Of a DNA stretch of 64,000 bases, positions 36,706-48,700 are shown one piece after another. The notes under the pieces were generated by a model. It did no database searches. It was not told the origin of the DNA and was given only the letters and a program-made list of their open reading frames with translations. Every line of letters begins with the position of its first letter. Position 1 is the stretch's first letter. The position numbers were made by a program, and so were the translations under genes. Source of the stretch: Enoplolaimus lenunculus (lineage: Eukaryota); NCBI GenBank assembly GCA_030248215.1, contig JASANG010000440.1:372001-436000 (forward strand), given 5' to 3'.

Positions 36706-37933
36706 TAGCCATATCGCTAATCTGGTTTGCCGCGGCACCACTTTAGCCATATCGCTAATATGGTTTGCCGCGGCACCACTTTAGCCATATCGCTAATATG
36801 GTTTGCCGCGGCACCACTTTAGCCATATCGCTAATATGGTTTGCCGCGGCACCACTTTAGCCATATCGCTAATATGGTTTGCCGCGGCACCACTTTAGCC
36901 ATATCGCTAATATGGTTTGCCGCGGCACCACTTTAGCCATATCGCTAATATGGTTTGCCGCGGCACCACTTTAGCCATATCGCTAATATGGTTTGCCGCG
37001 GCACCACTTTAGCCATATCGCTAATATGGTTTGCCGCGGCACCACTTTAGCCATATCGCTAATATGGTTTGCCGCGGCACCACTTTAGCCATATCGCTAA
37101 TATGGTTTGCCGCGGCACCACTTTAGCCATATCGCTAATATGGTTTGCCGCGGCACCACTTTAGCCATATCGCTAATATGGTTTGCCGCGGCACCACTTT
37201 AGCCATATCGCTAATATGGTTTGCCGCGGCACCACTTTAGCCATATCGCTAATATGGTTTGCCGCGGCACCACTTTAGCCATATCGCTAATATGGTTTGC
37301 CGCGGCACCACTTTAGCCATATCGCTAATATGGTTTGCCGCGGCACCACTTTAGCCATATCGCTAATATGGTTTGCCGCGGCACCACTTTAGCCATATCG
37401 CTAATATGGTTTGCCGCGGCACCACTTTAGCCATATCGCTAATATGGTTTGCCGCGGCACCACTTTAGCCATATCGCTAATATGGTTTGCCGCGGCACCA
37501 TTTTAGCCATATCGCTAATATGGTTTGCCGCGGCACCACTTTAGCCATATCGCTAATATGGTTTACCGCGGCACCACTTTAGCCATATCGCTAATATGGT
37601 TTGCCGCGGCACCACTTTAGCCATATCGCTAATATGGTTTGCCGCGGCACCACTTTAGCCATATCGCTAATATGGTTTGCCGCGGCACCACTTTAGCCAT
37701 ATCGCTAATATGGTTTGCCGCGGCACCACTTTAGCCATATCGCTAATATGGTTTACCGCGGCACCACTTTAGCCATATCGCTAATATGGTTTGCCGCGGC
37801 ACCACTTTAGCCATATCGCTAATATGGTTTGCCGCGGCACCACTTTAGCCATATCGCTAATATGGTTTGCCGCGGCACCACTTTAGCCATATCGCTAATA
37901 TGGTTTGCCGCGGCACCAATTTAGCCATATCGC
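36706..37933. repeat. 38-bp near-perfect minisatellite, ~32 copies
   Basis: Unit TAGCCATATCGCTAATATGGTTTGCCGCGGCACCACTT, head-to-tail with no spacers. Confidence 0.97.
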
Positions 37934-38148
37934 TCATACGGCTTGTCACGGCACTAATTGTTACGTTAGTTTAGGCACCGCCGCAACGGTTCCCGATTGG
38001 TTGAAAATAAACAACTACGTGTCTACGTGTATTAACGTGATTGGACGTTTTTCACGCAGCACAGCGACAATTGTCGCCGTGACAAGGCATATTGATGAAA
38101 TGGCTAGATTAGTGCCGTTGCTACGAAGTCAATACGACTCGACACATA

Positions 38149-39681
38149 TTATTTTTCAGGGTCTACATCCATTTGGCTAGTAGAACTTTCACCACTCGGA
38201 GGGTCGATGATACCAAATTTTGCATGCTTCTCTACTGGGCTGATTAAGCTTGGTGAAATTCGATCTGGTTGCGTCAAATTTACATCGTCGTGTGATGTTT
38301 TCGCTGCAAATCGTTGCAGTTGTTGCTTTCGATGTGGTACTGGTGTTACTGTTGTTTGTTGTTGTTGTTGTTGTTTTTGTTGTTGTTGTTGTTGATGCTG
38401 TTGCCGCGACCTGAACCCAACAGCAACAGACGTTTTACTACATTCCATCATTGCTCTGGTTTGCCCGTCACAATTTCTACGTTGCTGGCCTGCTCCACTT
38501 GCCTTTGCCGTACAGCTTGTTATGCCAATGACTGGAGCGGACATCTTTTTCCTTCCGACAACCATTGCGCCATGCCCTGCAGGTACGTGACTAGAACCAG
38601 AAAACGACCCGACCGAGTCTAAATTTAGCCTAAATCCATTGTCTACATTAACGCTAGTCGAAATTGTCCTAGAATTATTTTCCTGATCTGTGACAAGGGT
38701 AGACTGGGAATCTCGAGGAACGTCAGTTGAATTCAACTTAAACTTTGATTTTCGATCAGATATGCTGCTTTCGAGCTCTCGGCAAGTTGACAGACTCATT
38801 TCAGAGTCCTCGGGTGCTTCAGAGAGCTCAGGTTGAAATGACAGAGCAACAACGCTGGATTCAAAATGGACGTCAGAAATTGACGATTCTTCTTCGAAGA
38901 CTTCTTCCGACGCCAGGGATACAAGCGGTTCTGGTGTTGACGGAGTTTGCGATCTGCAGATAACAACAATAATATATTTGTAAACCACTGCAATCTCAAG
39001 CGCAAAACTGAGTTACGCGAAATAATACACAATGCACAGTGTTGAACAATGATTACTCGTATGCGCACTACAAAATCTACACAAGACGTAAGAACCCACG
39101 AGTGCTCAAGCGTCAAACTGTTGTACTCGGAGCGGAGTTTGATAACCACAATTTTTCTAAGCGTAAAGCTGATGTCAAATTTTAAGCGTAAGCCTGAGCA
39201 GTTTTATTAATCCAGGTTTTAAGGTATCAGGGTAAAGTAAACAAGTAACCAAAAATTGTGTTATCTCTAATGAGCAAAAATTATCAAAAACGGATTATTT
39301 GTGGGCGCACGCCGGCTGGAGGGGTTAACTCAAAAAGACCCCCAGTTTTACACCCTGCAACTTGATACAAGTCGCTATTTACCGATTGCAATAAGCATCT
39401 GATTGACTTTCTGATAGCGATCGCTTTTTGGTCATTGCCGCTGTACACGGAGGTGCCGTTAAATATAATCCGGTTTCAGGCACCGGTCCAGTCCGTCCTG
39501 GAAGTCCTAAATATCGGTCCCGTACTGAAGGGGGTTGATGACAACAGCATCCCCTCGATGGACTGAGGCCGTCTTGACCGGTTGGTTTTCGTGCCCCAGA
39601 ATGATGAGGGCTGACACCTGGCCTGGGGGACGGTTTTCCATTAGCTTCCTGGGTGGAATGATCAAATTGACTAAGTAGATG

Positions 39682-39713
<32 letters not shown>

Positions 39714-42700
39714 GTGATTGGTCGCATTCTGTTGGTGAATCCGCTGGGGACACTGTGCTCACGGTGCGGCTCTGGCGGTGTCGGTGTTTCGATAGTTGAA
39801 GCCGGCCAACACCAAGATTGAGTGAGCCTGAAATATGTAAAACAATCAGCCAAAGTCGTATTTTCACGCATCCATTGCCAGTTGAAGATCAGCCGTGTAA
39901 TTTTTGAACGGCTGACTGGATGATAGGTTGAGTTAAATTGAATTTTTAAATTCAGTTTCACCAACAATTGTATTAAGCATCAGATTTGAAGGAATCATTG
40001 TTCGCTTGTTAGAGGACTTATTATTTACGGCCCATGTAAAGATCAGGGACGGAACGTTTTTCTGTGGGACTGCAATAGAGTAAGCTTAAGCTTTAAACTA
40101 ATTATTTTTGCTTGGCTTTGGCTCAGGCTCAGACTTTGGTTTAGGAATATGCTCATCCTTACGCTTAGGATTAGGCTTAGGATTAGGAACATGCGTATAA
40201 TACTGTTCCGCTCCGGTTGTTTACATTGACCCTACTTGGCTCAACTGGCAAAACCAGCTGCAAACATTTGAGAATACAAAACAGCCACTGTTGCAGAACT
40301 GAATCTGCGCACAGTAACAGTTTATATTAAATACACAAAATTTGTCAAATTTCGAGATAAAAATTATTCACTCGTTCTTCAAAGTTACAAGACCTAACAT
40401 CATCTGGTGATCGGTGCTACACACATTTGAGAATATCAGGTTACAGAATAGCCAATGCGAGCATACGTCTCAAACGCCTTATATTTGACACTAGGTTTGC
40501 AGGAACTTTTTCAATTGCACCCCAAACAGTTTTCAAATTTTTTATGGCAGAACGTATCACCACCCGCTTTCCAAAACTCAGCAGTGTTGTCGATAGAAGC
40601 TAAGTTAAACAGGATTGGAGGGATCGGATCCAAGATAAAATCACAAGCCGTCTGGTTTATCATTTCTAACAGGGTTGTTGACCGGAAAAAATTGCCGAGA
40701 AAAATGGCAAAAATCCATTTTTTCCGGTCAGAAAATTTTTTCCAGAAAAACAACCCTGATTTCTAGATTTTTAGTTTAGGGACAGTAGAGCAATTGATGC
40801 CAGTAGGCCAATCACCTTTTGGAACCAGGTATTCTTTTTGGATCTCTGTCTTACAACGCAAAGTCAATCCAAGTCCTACTTACATTCACCAGTACCGCCA
40901 TTATTTCCGCCGGATGCACCGCTTCCGTTTGTTGAACTGGCCGGATCTTCTTCCCGACGCGGAAATGATGTCGACCGACACAATGAATGAGTTTTCTTCC
41001 GGCATTCAACAACAACCAAGTCTTTGCAGCTTCGATGGACCGGAATTCCGCAGTCTTTACATTTGACGCCTTGTCTCAAAATGCCCCAAAGCTGAAACAA
41101 TAAATATAAAATTATCATCAAAGATCAGATGTTATAGCTATGTAATACATTGCACTGTATGGTATGTTTGCCTAAAACATAATTTGTTACAGAATTAAAT
41201 TTTTAGAATGCAACCATTCAAGCCCATATTCAAGTGAGGGGAGTCAGATTGACTCTGCCCCCCTCCCGGAAAAGATTTGACCCAAATAGAAAATTTTCAA
41301 CCTTGCTTGTAAGTCAACGAAAATCATAGTATGCCTGTTCTGAAAGGTTTTAGTCCCCGGTAAAGTGAGCTGGCTACGGGTTTACAAACATTCCCGCTCC
41401 TGTCATGACCAACGCGTTTAAATAACTTAATTTGAGACAAGTTTACGATGCAACTGTTTACTGAAATTGAAGCGGAAGACAAAAGCCAGTACGTAATGTC
41501 ATAATACTTTAACCATCATAACCAATATTGTGTATTTTTACCATTTCCTATTAAGATTCGCAATAAATTGCTGAATCCAATGAAGGAATGTGCGGTCTCG
41601 GTCAAAAACCGAGACCCAAGAAAGAGACCGAGACCGAGAGACTGTTTGGTCTCGGTCTCCGTCAATTTTGTGACCGTTACCAAGCATAAAAATAACACTT
41701 TTTTTCTAACGAAAGTTTTGAATGTTTTTTCGTACTTCTGTGTCATTCTGGCATAATAAAATGTTGCATCAGCTTAGAATTTATATTAAACAACAAAATT
41801 ACCGCAAAACTTACTAATAACAATATTACTAAAAACAGCAAAAAATTTATTGTGACAAAATCAACAAGTACAACTACTGACGTCCGTTTATTGTGAACGT
41901 TGAGTAGAAAAAACGGGAACTCGTCTTTCTGCTTTGGTCTCGGTTTGAAACCTACTGAGACTCAAAAAACCGAGACCGAGACCGCACATCCCTGATCCAG
42001 TGAGTTGAAATATTAACCCCTTCTCACATTGAGTTGCCTATAGACAACTCAGTGCAGTGTATATACGTTAAATAGTATATATCGCACCGTGTTTAACAAT
42101 TGCAAAACGTATACATAGTACTAAATCACCACAAGACGTGAGAGCCCCCTCGGGCTCGAGCGTCAAGCTCCTACAGCTGAGTGGTGATGGTATACGCTTC
42201 CTACTCCAGTCACTGGAGTTCGAATCCTAGCATAAAAGTAGGTCTCAATGGAAATAGAAAATATTCATGTGAGAAAGGGTTAATACTTTTCCCGCATGAA
42301 TGTTTTCTATTTCACCTCAAACCTAATTTCAAACTTTCACTCGAACCATCAGACTGTCCGCTGGAACGCATTTACCATCAAAGTTACTGGAGCTTAGTGC
42401 TGAAGCTTTGCGGGCGCTCTTGCGTCTTACGAACATTTTGCATTACACACATCGTAAATAATAAGTAAAATTCACTGTATATTGTGTATATATTGCACTT
42501 ATGCAATTTGCAAATTTAGTTGCTCATAGTATACTCTATTAAATAATGTAATTTTGAAACTATTGCTGACGTAAAACTCGTAAAACGTACCAGTTTGTTG
42601 CAGTTAGCGCATGTTGTCGGTGCAAGAAATGTGATTTCGTGAAAATTATGCCTAAATCCTTTGCGCAGATTCGCGGCTGCTTGTCGATTTGCTTGTATAA

Positions 42701-45700
42701 AATACTGTAGCATTTCTTTTTTGCTAATATAATTGTCACTGAAAAACATCAAAAGCAACAAAAAAGATAAAGACCCATTCGCACGTGCAAGTTTTTGCAG
42801 TGAGAATTCGAAGCTGCAACTTGCATGAAATGCTTGCAGCTGTAAGAATTTTCAAAGGAACTTTCCGATTGACCAATCAAACTGCAGGTGCAAGAAATGC
42901 AAGCGACTTGCAACTGCGTTGACAGGTGCGAATTAAATTCAATAGCATGAATTCCATGTGAATAATTTGCAGCTGCAAGAACTTCAAAGCTGCTTTGTGA
43001 CCAAACTTTGCGCGTGCAAATATTTACTGAAAAAACTTGCACGTGTGAATAGCGCTTTAGAAATATTTAAATATCAGAAATATTATTGTGAAACCAACTG
43101 TAAGCTCTTGTAGACTTCCCCTATATTTAACGTTACAGGCTTACGCAAAAGCTTAAAAACGCTAAGGTTTATGTAAGCACAAACTGGCAATATGCATTGC
43201 CTTTACATTTAATGTTAAGGCCTAAGTAAACGTTAATTTCCGCAAAATTAAGCCTACGCTTACGCCTAAGCCGAAGCCTAAGCCTAAGCATAAGCCTAAG
43301 ATTAAGCCTAAGCATTAGCCTAAGCCTAAGCCTAAGCCTAAGCATAAGCCTAAGCCTAAGCCTAAGCCTAAGCCTAAGCCTAAGCCTAAGCCTAAGCCTA
43401 AGCCTAAGCCTAAGCATAAGCCTAAGCCTAAGCCTAAGCATAAGCCTAAGCCTAAGCCTAAGCATAAGCCTAAGCCTAAGCATAAGCCTAAGCCTAAGCC
43501 TAAGCCTAAGCATAAGCCTAAGCCTAAGCATAAGCCTAAGCCTAAGCCTAAGCCTAAGCATAAGCCTAAGCCTAAGCATAAGCCTAAGCCTAAGCCTAAG
43601 CCTAAGCCTAAGCATAAGCCTAAGCCTAAGCATAAGCCTAAGCCTAAGCCTAAGCATAAGCCTAAGCCTAAGCCTAAGCCTAAGCATAAGCCTAAGCCTA
43701 AGCCTAAGCATAAGCCTAAGCCCCAATATCAAAGCGTGGTGGCATTGCACAACAGCCAAGCCGTATTTTGATAAAAATTACCGGATATGAATAAAATTAT
43801 TCAATCAAAATAGTATCATACGTTTAATACAAAGCTACTTTGGCGGATTCAGGAAGTGTTATTCAGTTGAAATCAGCACTACAGTGTTGTTTATAACCAA
43901 AATTAGCAATATTCCATAGTGATTTTATACTCAATATGACAGGACAAAGCCTGCTATAGAACGCAGCGAGAACATTTGTGGAAAACATAAATAACAAGTA
44001 ATATAAAGTACTACTACATTATTAAAGTTGTTTAGCTAAAATATACACACTCAGTTCCGGTATCCGGTTCCGCCTCTGACCAGCAGGATATTTTATTATC
44101 CGGTTCCGGTATTATTGGTATCCGTTCGCCCCCTGCGCGGCTGCTAAGAGCGAGGGTCTGTTATGACTTACTGGTCGGCGTCTAAAACAGCAAACGAATC
44201 AATGAATGGGAAATTGCCAACAATCGATTGAAACTCGGAATGTGATATGTAGTCGTCTTTGTCATGATCATAGTGTTTAAATACGGCCTAAAACAGACAA
44301 AACACAATTATAACAACAGCTACAGAGATATTAAAGTATCTTCAAGAATATTTGGATGTATGGCGTCCGTCAGTAACCGTGAATCACCTGTACGGCGTCG
44401 TCCGTAACCGTGAGTCACCTGTACGGCGTCGTCCGTAACCGTGAGTCACCTGTACGGCGCCGTCCGTAACCGTGAGTCACCTGTACGGCACCGTCCGTAA
44501 CCGTGAGTCACCTGTACGGCGCCGTCGGTAACCGTGAGTCACCTGTACGACGCCGACCGTCACCGTGGGATGACCTTCCTGGCGAGCGAAGCAAGCGAGA
44601 ATTCCGACGCTATTTTGGTACCTAATTTTTAGTTTAAAATTTTAATTTTGAATTTAGAGGGGGCGGCCTATGGCCCCGCATAGCTGCGTCCCTGCAATGG
44701 AATTTATTGCAAAGTTACCCAATATATTTACAAAAACTATAAAAATGACAGAAAACAAGTTATTTGACTGAAAGCCCAAGGAACAGCCACCGCGAACTGA
44801 TCAGCTAAAAACAAACAGCAAAAAGGCAACCATTAAGGACAAATGATAGTTAGCTTAGATGAATTTCCACTGATGGTTTCTATAACGACAAATGTTTCAG
44901 CTCGAAATTAAATTTCTGTAAAAAAAATAAAAAATATTCATGCGGGAAAGGGTCACATCGAAACAAATGACATCATTCTGCAGAAGCTGACTTCAACCAT
45001 GGCTAATTACATCATTTACAGAAACTGACCTCAACCATGGATAATGACATCATTTACAGAAACTGACCTCAACCATGGCTAATGACATCATTTACAGTAA
45101 CTGACCTCAACCATGGCTAATGACATCATTTACAGAAACTGACCTCAACCATGGCTGTGACGTGTTTTTTCACAACTTCCGGATCCATTGCAGGTGATAC
45201 GCCGGCAGCCCAGTCGGCAAATACGGTTGGTTGTTTAGGGCAAGAATACTAAACAAAATTAGAGAAAAAATTACTTTTCTTTTCACTCCACCGCCGTAGA
45301 GTTCAAACTCTGAGCCAGACTGAAATGTGAGTAATGAGTTTTTACCCGATCCGCGTCTAAAGTTAAACCAGTATTTTAAAGATCGCTGGAGATTTGCATT
45401 ATAATGAAGTATTATGTTATAGCTCCAATGAATTTTTCCCCTGAAAACTTTCTAGAAACCGCGAAATTTCAAACCCAATTAAATACACCACATAACTTTT
45501 GGTTTTTCAACGCTCACTGACCAGCTTTGTTAATAGCGTATGTTTTGCACCTTATTAACTCTTAAAGGCTTTGCTCGGGTAGGAACTGTTAATTTTGTAC
45601 CTGTGTGATACAATTCACTACCCGCGAGTATATCCGCGGCAGAAATTTTTCACCCGACCCGTTTTTACCCGCGGGTACTCCCAGGAACCCGCGGGTAAGG

Positions 45701-48700
45701 TCCCATCTCTGTTTTGAGCTGTTGGCGCAATTTACATTTGATTTCCTGCTATGGCTGAGTTTGCCAAGCCATTTACTGAACAGTCCGTTTCTGACTTAAG
45801 TCGATTTTAACCTTATTAATTGACATAAACATCAACTTAACATTTGACCCGTACTCAACTCTAAGACGAGTAATATATCTCATTACAAAGTCAACATAAG
45901 TAATTATTAGTCAGCATAACATTCCGGTAACATTGATAAATTTGGCAAATTGGAAGCCTTATTGAAAAATTGTAAACCCCAGTCAGAACATCTCAACTGA
46001 ACTCAAATTTTAACTTAAATTGAAAAAAAAATCGAAATTCGACTGAAGTTTCGCATTGCCTGCAATCCCGTCATTACTGTATTCATTAAAGTTTTTGATA
46101 TACAAAAATATTCACATATTTTCAACGTCGTCCTGGAATTTAACTGAACGCCAAATTCAACTTACGTTGAGCAATGTTTTTGGTTCCCGTTTGACGGATA
46201 ATTGGTAAATTTCTTCGTCGGAATGTTGAATGTACAGTGAAACCTGGAAAATTAGTTAAAATCAAATCTTATACTCCATCCCTCTAAAATGAGCAATGTA
46301 GAGTAATGTTTGCTAGTTTAAGCACAGAAAACATTACAGCCAATAGTACAAAACCTCCACATAATATCATAGCGCCTTTGGGATGAACTGGTAAGCATTG
46401 AACAGCTGAGCGGTGATGGTAAACGCTTTTCATTCGAAAGTATCCGGGTTCCAATCCTGGCTTAAAACTACATCTCAAATGTATAAAATAGAAAATATTC
46501 ATGTCAGAAAAGGTTAAAAATAAAAGCAATGACAACTAAGTTGAAACTGCAAGATTGAGTATTAAACCCGTGAAAATATCAAAATAGAAAGTATTCATGT
46601 GACAAAGAATTAAAATAAAAAACGTAATTCGAACATTTTCCAACATTAAAATGTCGACTATTTAATTGTTATTTTTATATCTAAACTCAATATAATTAAA
46701 CTAAAGCTAAATCATCACACATACGTATTTTGGGCAGCGTTCCAGGAGATTTTTGCAAATTTTTTTACACGTACATATGCAAATCAACTAAATAGTAAAA
46801 CAATATACTATTACATATTAAGGTTGCAAATATGCAACCGCGTTGACTAGTATAATTAAACTTTAACTTACTTTAAGAGTATTAATCAGATCCATATTTG
46901 CTTCGGGCAATTGAGGTGAAACTGCAAGATCGAGTATCAGACGAGAGAATATCGCTGCGAGTTGTGCCAACTTTTTACAATTCACCAATTTACCATCATC
47001 GTCCGTGTAATCCGGTAGCGCAGCATGTGTTACAATGAGGTCTTTTAAGTGAACTCCCCTGAAACAAACACATATTTTAAGCTAAATCTAATGTTTTAGT
47101 TATTATCTACGATGAGGTCTTTTAAGTGAACTCCCCTGAAACAAACACATATTTTAAGCTAAATCTAATGTTTTAGTTATTATCTACGATGAGGTCTTTT
47201 AAGTGAACTCCCCTGAAACAATCACATATTTTAAGCTAAATCTAATGTTTTAGTTATTATCTATGATGAGGTCTTTTAAGTGAACTCCCCTGAAACAATC
47301 ACATATTTTAAGCTAAATCTAATGTTTTAGTTATTATCTACGATGAGGTCTTTTAAGTGAACTCCCCTGAAACAATCACATATTTTAAGCTAAATCTAAT
47401 GTTTTAGTTATTATCTATGATGAGGTCTTTTAAGTGAACTCCCCTGAAACAATCACATATTTTAAGCTAAATCTAATGTTTTAGTTATTATCTACGATGA
47501 GGTCTTTTAAGTGAACTCCCCTGAAACAATCACATATTTTAAGCTAAATCTAATGTTTTAGTTATTATCTACGATGAGGTCTTTTAAGTGAACTCCCCTG
47601 AAACAATCACATATTTTAAGCTAAATCTAATGCTTTAGTTATTATCTACGATGAGGTCTTTTAAGTGAACTCCCCTGAAACAAACACATATTTTAAGCTA
47701 AAACTAATGTTTTAGTTATTACCAAACAGCAACTGAAGCTATTATTGATAGAGTACATTTGTTGAAAAACGACTGTAAGTATATGAGACATGTTTATCCT
47801 GATGCATATGCAATATAATACATTGCGCTGTATGTATGCTTGTCAGCAGCATACGCGTCGACAAATATAGTCGATGAAAAAAGCCGTTAGAGAGACGGCT
47901 ACGTGGCGCAGTGGTGGAGTGCTTGCCATGGAATCCAAAGCCATTAGTTCTAGCCACTCCTGTACGCCTGATCTTCCAGCTGGTTAACAAAAGGGGTCCA
48001 AAGTTCCGGTTCTTACTTATACTGACAATGCCTTATTGTTTCGTTTCAAAGTGCAATATTTTATTTTCGACAAAACATTTTTGGATGAGGTCAAACACAA
48101 ACTATGAATTCCAGTTATACCCAATCTCAAAGGTAATATCGGAGATAGAATACAGTTCACTGTAAATTGCAATGAGTTAAATAATCAACTAAGCTCACGA
48201 GATACTTTTTCAGTTGATTTAAATTCATGGTCAATTGGTCATTTTTCTCAAATTAACTTGAATCAACCGGCAATTCTGAGTTCTGATAGTCTTAACTCCG
48301 ACTGAGTGATTCAACTTATTCTGAGTTAAAAAATCAACTCACTGAAATTTACAGTGTATAAAGAAAACACTATTCGAATTCACTTACACTATTGGAATTT
48401 TGAATCCAGTGCATTTGGCAAGCACTTTACGATAATTGGAAAAATTTTGAGCCTGAGTCAAGAGTTCGGTCATTTCTGCCATATCCTAAAAATATACACA
48501 GATTAACGAATACTTAATAGTCTCTAATTGAACAGCAATCATACTTGAGTTGAATAAACAAGCTGATTCCAAAATAGTGAATATTTCAAAAAAATAGCTT
48601 CGATTCTGCGTATTCTAAATTATAAAAATTAAATTTTCACTTAAACTAAACCAGCTACTGAATCTAGGAAATCAAAGTAGCATAAGTCAGTATAACCAAG

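Noticed and set aside
36706..37933. CRISPR array (38-bp partly palindromic repeats)
   Set aside because: Units are head-to-tail with no unique spacers, there are no cas genes, and the context is eukaryotic.
38207..38622. Plus-strand poly-Cys and poly-Leu ORFs
   Set aside because: These are antisense readings of the RasGRP poly-Gln codons.
43169..43759. ORFs rich in LR, PK, LS or LG dipeptides (also 6415-6772 and 30052-30652)
   Set aside because: These are translations of TTAGGC/GCCTAA repeats, with no splice or homology support.
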